A stretch of 55,896 bases of DNA from Patescibacteria group bacterium UBA1370 (lineage in GTDB: Bacteria > Patescibacteriota > Microgenomatia > UBA1400 > PJMF01). The stretch lies in NCBI GenBank assembly GCA_002306315.1, contig DBRK01000003.1:14587-70482 (forward strand). Direction: 5' to 3'. Below, piece after piece: positions 8,360 through 16,452 of the stretch. The stretch's first letter is position 1, and every line of letters begins with the position of its first letter. Below the pieces are notes generated by a model. The model was not told the origin of the DNA, ran no database searches, and saw only the letters and a program-made list of their open reading frames with translations. Made by a program: the position numbers and the translations under genes.

Positions 8360-8444
8360 TGGTGCCACGGGTGGGAGTTGAACCCACACAGCTTGCGCTA
8401 CACGATTCTAAGTCGTGCTTGTCTACCAATTCCAACACCGTGGC
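8360..8444 (-). tRNA. tRNA-Leu (anticodon TAG), CCA encoded
   Basis: Acceptor GCCACGG/CCGTGGC, anticodon stem CACGA/TCGTG, loop CT-TAG-AA, long variable arm, T-loop GGTTCAACTCC, 3' ACCA encoded. Confidence 0.9.
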
Positions 8445-8535
8445 TCGGTCAGGCGTATTGTACCCCGAAGACGGTTAAGACTCAATTTGGCGGCTGACTC
8501 TAGCATGAGCCAACATCATCATTTAGGATACTTAT

Positions 8536-8985
8536 ATGCAGCATGCTATTCCTGGCAATTCGGTTGAGCCCACCGGTGCGCCGCCACCGATATCAGAAAC
8601 TCAGTCATCACCAGGAGAACTTCAAGTTCCTTTTTCTCATAAATTCCGCTTTTATTGGGGCAAAATTGCCTTATTGCTGTTGATTTTTCACAGTGCATTC
8701 GGACTTTTTGAGTCGATAAAATTCCTACTGGTTGAGTACCCAGAGCTTGAAAGATTGCTGGAAACCCACCAGTTGTCATCGCACCAATTAGTGAATGTGG
8801 TATTTACAGCCTTGGTGCTCTTCATCGCAACAACTATTAATATTTTGACCGCCTTAAGGTTGCGAGGCTCCAGAGAAGCAGTCGCCCGGAATATTGATCT
8901 CCTGATTGCCACAGCTATCGTCACGGGGACTTTTCTGCTGCACTGGTATCTGAGTGCGGTGCTTTATATTCTGCCGCAAAGATAG
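8536..8985 (+). CDS. hypothetical membrane protein (about 3 TM helices)
   Basis: 149-aa ORF with hydrophobic helices (KIALLLLIFHSAFGLF, VVFTALVLFIATTINIL, LLIATAIVTGTFLL). I recognise no family. Confidence 0.45.
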   Translation: MQHAIPGNSVEPTGAPPPISETQSSPGELQVPFSHKFRFYWGKIALLLLIFHSAFGLFESIKFLLVEYPELERLLETHQLSSHQLVNVVFTALVLFIATTINILTALRLRGSREAVARNIDLLIATAIVTGTFLLHWYLSAVLYILPQR

Positions 8986-9030
8986 AGCGCCACACACTTT
9001 TTGCAAACTAACAGTAGTACAATAGCCCTA

Positions 9031-9708
9031 ATGCCGACAAACTACATCCATAAGGTGCATCCGCGCGCTCGCCGGCTGACCATGAGGGTTAATGACGAAG
9101 GTCAAGTGGTGATAACAACGCCGCGCTATACACCGCTGCGGGTCATCGAGAGGTTTGTCAGCGAACATCAGCACTGGATTACTGCCCAAAAACAATTGGT
9201 CGCTTCCAAACCTTCCCCAGAAACCCGGACGGAGGTGATGATTTTTGGCAAAACATACCAAAAACAAATCAAGTTTTCCCGCCAGCATCAAGTCGGTATC
9301 CGGATCAGCCAGGACTCTCTCATTCTCAATCCTGCGGATTCGCAAACCACCAAGTGGGGTGAAAAAGAAAAACGGCAGCTGCACCGTTTTCTCAAGCACA
9401 CAGCCGAGCATTACATCAGTCCCCGCGCTAATCAGCTGGGAAAACTGATGGACATCAATTTTAACAGTATTACCTTGCGTGAACAGAAAACCCGCTGGGG
9501 CAGCTGCAGCAGTAAAGGCAATCTAAACTTTAATTGGCGGTTGGTTCACTATAGACCCGAGATAATTGATTATGTGATAATCCATGAGCTGGCGCACCGG
9601 ACACATATGAACCATTCCGCCAAATTTTGGCAACTGGTGGAAAAATATGATCCGGAATACCGCAAACACCGCGGCTTCCTTAAGCGCCATGGTATGGCAG
9701 TGGGATAA
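9031..9708 (+). CDS. YgjP-like (DUF45/M48-type) metal-dependent hydrolase
   Basis: I prefer ATG 9031 over the TTG at 9001. It carries WGSCSSKGNLNFNWRL and the HExxH motif IIHELAHRTHMNHS typical of the YgjP family. Confidence 0.7.
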   Translation: MPTNYIHKVHPRARRLTMRVNDEGQVVITTPRYTPLRVIERFVSEHQHWITAQKQLVASKPSPETRTEVMIFGKTYQKQIKFSRQHQVGIRISQDSLILNPADSQTTKWGEKEKRQLHRFLKHTAEHYISPRANQLGKLMDINFNSITLREQKTRWGSCSSKGNLNFNWRLVHYRPEIIDYVIIHELAHRTHMNHSAKFWQLVEKYDPEYRKHRGFLKRHGMAVG

Positions 9709-10401
9709 ATGGAGCAGGCCAGAATGCTAATTTTGCACGGAGAAAATATTGTTCAATCCAGGAACCGACTAAAACAAGTCATTGATGCTGCTCGGGAACA
9801 GAACAAAACAGTAGAAAGAGCCGTTTCCAAGAATTTGACCGAGGCTGAGTTGGAAGAGTTGCTGGTCGGCAACGACCTCTTTGGGACAGAAAAACTCATC
9901 ATTATTGAAGAACTACACTCATTGCCAACCTCCAACCGGAAAAAGGCGTTAATCTCCATGCTGGCTAACAGTGTCGATCAAGACATAGTTCTCTGGGAAA
10001 AACGGGCCTTGACTGCAACTATGCTGAATAAATTTCCCGGCGCCCGCGCCGAGGAGTTCAAAACCAGCAGCAGCCTTTTTAAATGGCTGGATTTGCTCGG
10101 CACTGACAACACCCAACAAAAGCTTAAATACCTGCAGGAAGCGATAAGCAGCGACGGCGAGTATTTCTGCTTCCTAATGCTCCTCAGACAAATCCGCATG
10201 CTGATTCAAGCCAAGGATAGCGGCAAGGTTGCGGGGGCCCCTTTTGTCGTTAACAAAGTCAAAGCCCAAGCCCGCAATTTCAGCCTGGAGCAGTTGCTAC
10301 AAATCCACCAGCGGCTTTACACTATAGATGCCCGGCAAAAAACCTCCCGCTCTCCCTTGACACTGTTTCAAGAACTTGACCTGATTACTCTGGCATTGTA
10401 A
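9709..10401 (+). CDS. holA: DNA polymerase III delta subunit (short form)
   Basis: 230 aa. The ATG abuts the previous stop. The N-terminus LILHGENIVQSRNRL...LFGTEKLIIIEE matches the HolA pattern. It is shorter than typical, so the call is moderate. Confidence 0.5.
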   Translation: MEQARMLILHGENIVQSRNRLKQVIDAAREQNKTVERAVSKNLTEAELEELLVGNDLFGTEKLIIIEELHSLPTSNRKKALISMLANSVDQDIVLWEKRALTATMLNKFPGARAEEFKTSSSLFKWLDLLGTDNTQQKLKYLQEAISSDGEYFCFLMLLRQIRMLIQAKDSGKVAGAPFVVNKVKAQARNFSLEQLLQIHQRLYTIDARQKTSRSPLTLFQELDLITLAL

Positions 10402-10446
10402 GGTAAAGGAGTTCATACTTTTTCATACAACTAAAAAAGGAGCAAG

Positions 10447-11859
10447 ATGGACATCAACCCCGGCATCTTTAAGGCATACGACATTCGAGGGATTTGGAAC
10501 AAAGAGCTTTTTCCTGAAACAGCCTATCTGATTGGGTTGGGGATGGGCACTTATTATAAAAGGAATCAAGTTTCTACAGTCTATGTCAGCCGGGACAATC
10601 GGGTCAGCGGCCAAGAAATCAGTGAAAATCTGATTAAAGGGATAAGAGAAACCGGCACCAACGTGGTTTACTTGGGTGTCATCACCACGCCCATGAACTA
10701 CTCCAGCTGGTATCTGCGGGAGGCCCAAGGCAGCGTCAGCATTACCGCTTCCCACAATCCGCCAGAATACAATGGTTTTAAAGCCGCGCTCAAGAAGGTT
10801 CATTTTTCCAGCGATGATTATCAGCATATCAAGGATTTAGTCCTCAATCAGGATTTTGAAAAAAGCACTGAACTCGGCGCTTATAGCGAAGATGACCTTT
10901 GGCCGGACTACTTGGCACGGGTCACCCAGGACATCAAGTTGAACAGACCCGTTAAGGTTGTTTTGGATTGCGGCAACGGCACCTGCAGCGACACTACCGA
11001 AGTAGTGTTGCAAAAAATCGGCTGCGAGGTGATTCAGCTTTTCTGCGAACACGATGGTTCATTCCCGAATCATGCTCCATATCCGCAAAAAGAAGACTTG
11101 TACACGGTTTTGAAGGAAACAATTGCCAAAGAAAAAGCTGACATGGGCATTGCCATGGATGGAGATGGCGACCGTTTTGGTGTTTATGATGAGAAGGGCA
11201 AATTTATCGGCAACGACCTGATTGGCGCTCTGATCGGTACCGGCATCGCCAAAGCAAATCCCGGCATGACAGCTGTCTTCAATGTTTCTACTTCGCAAAT
11301 GGCCGTGGACCAAATTGAAAATGCCGGCGGCAAAATGATTCTCTGGAAAACCGGCTATCCTTTCATCATTGAGAAAATGAAAGAAACCGGCGCTCTGATC
11401 GGCAACGAAATTGCCGGCCACTTCTTCCTGAAAGACAAGTACTACGGATTTGATGATGCTACCTACGCAGCCGCCAGATTTGTGGAGTTTTATTCCCAAC
11501 AGGAAAAAACGGTGTCCGAGCTCGTCAGCAGCATGCCGCAATACGTGAGCACACCAGAGTTCCGGGTGCCTGCTCCTGATGAACCGGACAACAATAAGTT
11601 CACCATCATCGCTGACATTATCAAGAAATTTAAGGAAGAATACAAAGACGCGACTATTATGGACTTTGACGGGTTGCGAATTGCTTTCGCTGACAAAAGC
11701 TGGATTTTAATCAGAAATTCCAATACCGAACCGCTGATTACCGGCCGAGCAGAGGCAAAAACCCCGGAGCGGCTAGAAGAGCTCAAAGCCCTCCTTGTTG
11801 CCACCTTGAAAGAATATGGAGTCACTCTTGACTGGTCGAATCCGATTGCCAGTCACTAA
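10447..11859 (+). CDS. phosphomannomutase/phosphoglucomutase (alpha-D-phosphohexomutase family)
   Basis: 470 aa with the active-site loop SITASHNPPEYNGFK and the metal loop AMDGDGDRFGV. An AAGGAG SD lies upstream. Confidence 0.9.
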   Translation: MDINPGIFKAYDIRGIWNKELFPETAYLIGLGMGTYYKRNQVSTVYVSRDNRVSGQEISENLIKGIRETGTNVVYLGVITTPMNYSSWYLREAQGSVSITASHNPPEYNGFKAALKKVHFSSDDYQHIKDLVLNQDFEKSTELGAYSEDDLWPDYLARVTQDIKLNRPVKVVLDCGNGTCSDTTEVVLQKIGCEVIQLFCEHDGSFPNHAPYPQKEDLYTVLKETIAKEKADMGIAMDGDGDRFGVYDEKGKFIGNDLIGALIGTGIAKANPGMTAVFNVSTSQMAVDQIENAGGKMILWKTGYPFIIEKMKETGALIGNEIAGHFFLKDKYYGFDDATYAAARFVEFYSQQEKTVSELVSSMPQYVSTPEFRVPAPDEPDNNKFTIIADIIKKFKEEYKDATIMDFDGLRIAFADKSWILIRNSNTEPLITGRAEAKTPERLEELKALLVATLKEYGVTLDWSNPIASH

Positions 11860-11884
11860 AAATGTATTAATTACTGAAAGCCAA

Positions 11885-12985
11885 ATGCCAACCCAATCCA
11901 TCCTCGAATCGCGCCAAGAAATTGCCAAACTTGATAAGTCCAACATGCTAGGCTCGATCGAGGCGCTCGACAAACAAATTGAGCATGCCTGGGAGGACGT
12001 CAAACTAGTAGAGTTCCAGCCTGCTGGTCAGATTGCTAATGTAGTCGTTTCCGGCATGGGCGGTTCAGGCCTGGGCGCAGATGTCATTAAACATCTCTTT
12101 AAAGACTCGTTGTCCGTTCCATTTGAAATTGTCAACTCCTACACGCTGCCGGCCTATGTCAACAATAACACGCTGGTCTTATTAGCCAGCTACTCAGGAA
12201 ATACTGAGGAGACTTTGTCTTGTGCTGAAGAAGCCCGTCGTAAAAACGCTCAGATCATGGTCTTAGCATCCGGCGGCAAATTAGCCGAGTTTGCCCGGCA
12301 GTACCGCTATCCGGCGTATATCATTGATCCCGTTCATAACCCCTCTGGGCAACCACGGATGGCAATTGGTTATGCAATTTTTGGCGCCATTGGCCTAATG
12401 AGCAAAGCCGGTGTGATCGAACTCAAAGATGAGGAAGTAAAGGAAGTGACTGCTACCATTAGGCAGGGAGTTGAAGCTAACACCGTTGAGGTACCTGCAG
12501 AGAGTAATCCGGCCAAGTCACTGGCCTTTACCATGCTCGACCGGCAACCAATCATTATCACTTCAGAATTTTTGCAGGGGGCTGCCCACGTGGCCACCAA
12601 TCAGCATAATGAAAACGCCAAGATCCAAACAGATTATAAAATCGTACCTGAGATCAACCACCACATGATGGAGGGCTTGCGGTTTCCAAAATTAAGCAAA
12701 GACTCACAAGTTTTCATCTTTGTCCAATCACAATTATTCCGGCCGGAAAACAGCATCCGCATGAACTTAACCCAGCAAATTGTTGAAACGAGCGGCATTG
12801 ACACCATGACTGTTTTGCTTCGCTCTCAGACCAAACTTAACCAAGTATTCGAAATGATCACCTTGTTTAGCTTTGCCGGCTTCTACATGGCCATGTTGGA
12901 AGGCATCGACCCCAGTCCGATTCCCATTGTTGACCAATTCAAAGACGAACTGGCAAAATATCGCCAAAAATCCGGGCTTAACTAA
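11885..12985 (+). CDS. bifunctional phosphoglucose/phosphomannose isomerase (SIS-domain PGI/PMI family)
   Basis: The first ATG after the upstream stop is 11885; the ORF-track start 11816 overlaps the previous gene. SIS-domain features are VVVSGMGGSGLGADV and LVLLASYSGNTEET. Confidence 0.7.
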   Translation: MPTQSILESRQEIAKLDKSNMLGSIEALDKQIEHAWEDVKLVEFQPAGQIANVVVSGMGGSGLGADVIKHLFKDSLSVPFEIVNSYTLPAYVNNNTLVLLASYSGNTEETLSCAEEARRKNAQIMVLASGGKLAEFARQYRYPAYIIDPVHNPSGQPRMAIGYAIFGAIGLMSKAGVIELKDEEVKEVTATIRQGVEANTVEVPAESNPAKSLAFTMLDRQPIIITSEFLQGAAHVATNQHNENAKIQTDYKIVPEINHHMMEGLRFPKLSKDSQVFIFVQSQLFRPENSIRMNLTQQIVETSGIDTMTVLLRSQTKLNQVFEMITLFSFAGFYMAMLEGIDPSPIPIVDQFKDELAKYRQKSGLN

Positions 12986-13033
12986 GCCCTAGCAGATGCA
13001 CCAGTTAAGGATTTGCGGTATTATAAAAGGGCC

Positions 13034-14962
13034 ATGCCCAGTAGTCTTATTTTTCTAACCGATTACGCAAAATCCCCGGTTGAGCACGTCGGTGACAGAG
13101 CCCGACAACTTGGCAGTTTGCATGAGGCCGGCATCCCAGTAGTCCGTTCTTTTTGCATAACCATCCCGATGCTGAGATCCATCTCAGAAGCAAATAATCT
13201 CAAATTAAAACTCACTCAGGTTCTCAAACGCAGCCCCTGCCGAACCAAAGAAGACCAGAGATGTTTCCAGCGGGAATTATCCAGGCTTTTCACCAGTTTA
13301 ACCATCCCGCCAGCTATAGCCGCCGAACTTATCAGGGCATACCACCAATACCTGCAAGGCGGCCATGCTCACATTGTCCCGAGTTCACCGCCATCCAAAA
13401 CCTATCCTTCAGGCCAAAGCAATGTTTACGGAGATGCCAATGTCATTGAGTCGATTTTGGAAGTCTGGGCAAATATTGTGGCAACTACGGTCCAACACGG
13501 CGGCTACAACTTGCCAATGCACACTCTGCTGCTGCAAAGCCCGATCCTGGTGGAATACGCGCCGGCAGCGGAAGCATCCGGCTTTGCCTATACCAAAAAC
13601 CCGGCTACCGGATCAAAAACCGAGGTTGCCATTGCCGGCGCTTGGGGCGTTTATCATCCTAATCTGGAAAATTTGGATACCATCACCGTCGATATTCGCA
13701 CCTGGAACGTCATCAACCGCCAACCTGCCACAAAAACTCAAGAATACGTGCGCGGCAATGAAACCCTCAAGCAACAATCGGTGGCGGCGGCTAAGCAGAA
13801 GCAGCTGGTGCTTTCTGACACTGAGGCAGTACAGTTGGCAAGGGTAGCATTCAAACTGAAGCAACAATCCCTCGATCAACAAAAAATCTACTGGCTGCTC
13901 TTTGGCCGGCAAATTTATGTCACCGGCGTCGAACCGGTTTTGGAATTCAGCAACGAACCCCACCCGGCAAGCCTCTTCCAGCCGGAAACCTCACCGACCC
14001 GACGCCGGCACACTACCAGGCTGCTGGTCTCGGCCGGCAACAGTGCCAAAGCCGCCGAACAAATTCAAGACGGTCTTGACGGCATCGGTGTGCTCAGGAG
14101 TGAGTACACCATTGCCAAAATGGGCATCCATCCTCAGCAGCTGGTCCGATCCAAAAAGCGTACAGAACTGAAAGCAGCCCTGACAGATACCATTCTCACT
14201 TACCAGCGAGCTTTAGGTGGCAAACTCATCCTTTACCGACTGCAAAACTTCACCAGTGCCGAACTGGGCATACTCCAATATGCCAGCAGTTATGAACCGC
14301 AGGAACCAAATCCGTATCTGGGTTACAGAGGTGCGCTCAAGGCTCTGACACAGCCGCAAGTATTTAACCTGGAACTAGAAGCTGTGGCGGAAGCAGTTAA
14401 AAAAGATGGTGGTCCGATTGGCTGCCTGCTGCCTTTTGTCAGGACACCGGCGGAATTGCGCGCCCTTTTGGTGGCTTTTGGCAGGACCGGTTTAATGGAG
14501 AAACATAATTTTGGAGTCTGGCTGCAACTTAATACTCCCGAAAATATTTTTAACCTCGATAAATATCCCACGGCGCAGCTTGACGGCTTCTCTATCAATA
14601 TCACCAGCTTGCATGGTTTGATGCACGGCATCGATCCGGACAATATCGACCTGTGGCAACGCTACCCGCTGCAGATACCACTGCTGGCGGAAATGCTGGA
14701 AAAAACCATTCAGACAGTCAAAGAAAACTCTCAGAGCAATCCGGTGTTGAAGCCTCAACAAGTCTATATTCATCTTGAGCAATATCATCCGGACTTGGTG
14801 GCAGCTGCTGTCAAACTCGGCGTCGATGGGGTGACTGTTAAACCGCAGGCAGCAAACCTTGCCAGAGAATGTATCATGGATACAGAAGCACAGATGATAG
14901 GGGTAGGAAAGGCAAACGGGAAAAATTCTCTAGCCGGCGATTTTGCCACAGCCGCCAACTAA
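13034..14962 (+). CDS. PEP-synthase/PPDK-like protein lacking the central phosphohistidine swivel domain
   Basis: The N-terminus VGDRARQLGSLHEAGIPVVRSFCITIPML matches the PPDK_N ATP-grasp. The C-terminus GIGVLRSEYTI...NPYLGYRGAL...LLPFVRTPAEL matches the PEP-utilizer TIM barrel. No GG-x-TxHAAI-type segment lies between them. I prefer ATG 13034 over the TTG at 13013. Confidence 0.6.
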   Translation: MPSSLIFLTDYAKSPVEHVGDRARQLGSLHEAGIPVVRSFCITIPMLRSISEANNLKLKLTQVLKRSPCRTKEDQRCFQRELSRLFTSLTIPPAIAAELIRAYHQYLQGGHAHIVPSSPPSKTYPSGQSNVYGDANVIESILEVWANIVATTVQHGGYNLPMHTLLLQSPILVEYAPAAEASGFAYTKNPATGSKTEVAIAGAWGVYHPNLENLDTITVDIRTWNVINRQPATKTQEYVRGNETLKQQSVAAAKQKQLVLSDTEAVQLARVAFKLKQQSLDQQKIYWLLFGRQIYVTGVEPVLEFSNEPHPASLFQPETSPTRRRHTTRLLVSAGNSAKAAEQIQDGLDGIGVLRSEYTIAKMGIHPQQLVRSKKRTELKAALTDTILTYQRALGGKLILYRLQNFTSAELGILQYASSYEPQEPNPYLGYRGALKALTQPQVFNLELEAVAEAVKKDGGPIGCLLPFVRTPAELRALLVAFGRTGLMEKHNFGVWLQLNTPENIFNLDKYPTAQLDGFSINITSLHGLMHGIDPDNIDLWQRYPLQIPLLAEMLEKTIQTVKENSQSNPVLKPQQVYIHLEQYHPDLVAAAVKLGVDGVTVKPQAANLARECIMDTEAQMIGVGKANGKNSLAGDFATAAN

Positions 14963-14998
14963 CCAAAGCGGCATACTTGATATTAGGAAAGAATATTT

Positions 14999-16441
14999 AT
15001 GGCAGCAATTCAAGGCATCTACGCACGAGAAATTCTTGATTCGCGGGGTATTCCCACCATTGAATGCACCCTGTGGATGGATAATGGCGGCATCGTCGTC
15101 ACCAGCGTTCCCAGCGGCACCTCAGTCGGCAAATATGAGGCTTTAGAGTTGCGGGACAAGGACCCTAACCACATGAACGGCAAAGGCGTGCTCACCGCCG
15201 TCAACAACATCAATACCATTATCGCGCCCCAGCTGATTGGCCGTGACCCGGCCAACCAGGAAGAAATTGATAATTTGATGATCAGCCTAGACGGAACTCC
15301 GGAAAAATCCCGGCTGGGCGCCAATGCGATTTTGGGGGTCTCGCAGGCGGTGCTCAAGGCAGCGGCGCTGAGCGCTAACCAGCCGCTTTATTTTTACATT
15401 CAACAACGATATCAGCTTGTTCCCGACCTCTATATGCCCACTTGCATTTTCACCATCGCCAACGGAGGTGAGCATGGAGCAGACAACTTGGATATCCAGG
15501 AATTTCAAGTAGTGCCGGCCAGTCATATTGACTTCTTGGAGTCGCTGAATATCGGCGTTTTTATGTTCCATCAGTTTGAAGAGGTCCTGATATCTAAAGG
15601 CGCCATTCACTCAACCGGTATCGTTGGCGGTTTTACTCCCAACCTTTACAGCAATAGCGACCTCTTTGAGATCTTGGTGGAAACTGTCAAAACCAGCCCT
15701 TACACCTTTGCCCAGGATATTTTCTTTGGCGTCGACATTGCCGCTTCCACACTAATGGAAAACGGCAAGTACCGCTTAAAAGACCGTTCCGAACCTTACT
15801 CAAGCGAAGAACTTCTGGAATACTACCGCAAACTCCGGGATTTTTACCATGTCTTTTATATTGAAGATCCGTACGAAGAAGATGACCTCAAAGCCTGGCA
15901 AAATATCTCCGCTGAACTGGGGGAAACCACCAAAATTGTCGGCGACAGCCTACTAGTCACCAACCTTGAAAAAACCCGCAAGGCGATTGAGAACAAAACC
16001 TGCAACACTTTGTTAGTTAAACCCAACCAAACCGGCACCGTCACCGAAACCATCGAGGTCATCAAGCTCGCCCGCAGCGCCGGTTGGCAGATCGTCATGT
16101 CCCATCGCAGTGGTGAAACCAACGATGATTTCATTGCTGACTTAGCGGTCGGCACCGGGGCAGACTACACCAAATTCGGACCACCCAACCGCGGTGAGAG
16201 AGTAGCCAAGTACAACCGGTTGCTGCAAATTTACACCGAAATGCAGCAGCGCCAAGGAGAAACCACCAAAGAAAAAGTCCGAGGAATGAGTCATGATCTA
16301 CCGGGTGCAAATGACCCATCCGCAAAATCTGCACCAACCACCGAACCCCCGCTAGCTGCTGAGCCAACTGCCGCCCAACCCCCACCAACCCCGGTCGCTG
16401 AATCCGCACCACCCGCCACCACAACACCAGACGTCCAATAA
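14999..16441 (+). CDS. eno: enolase with ~50-aa Pro/Ala/Thr-rich C-terminal tail
   Basis: AREILDSRGIPTIE, SHRSGETNDDFIADLAVG and KYNRLLQI are canonical enolase motifs. The tail reads ...PTTEPPLAAEPTAAQPPPTPVAESAPPATTTPDVQ. Confidence 0.95.
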   Translation: MAAIQGIYAREILDSRGIPTIECTLWMDNGGIVVTSVPSGTSVGKYEALELRDKDPNHMNGKGVLTAVNNINTIIAPQLIGRDPANQEEIDNLMISLDGTPEKSRLGANAILGVSQAVLKAAALSANQPLYFYIQQRYQLVPDLYMPTCIFTIANGGEHGADNLDIQEFQVVPASHIDFLESLNIGVFMFHQFEEVLISKGAIHSTGIVGGFTPNLYSNSDLFEILVETVKTSPYTFAQDIFFGVDIAASTLMENGKYRLKDRSEPYSSEELLEYYRKLRDFYHVFYIEDPYEEDDLKAWQNISAELGETTKIVGDSLLVTNLEKTRKAIENKTCNTLLVKPNQTGTVTETIEVIKLARSAGWQIVMSHRSGETNDDFIADLAVGTGADYTKFGPPNRGERVAKYNRLLQIYTEMQQRQGETTKEKVRGMSHDLPGANDPSAKSAPTTEPPLAAEPTAAQPPPTPVAESAPPATTTPDVQ

Positions 16442-16452
16442 GAAAGCAACAT

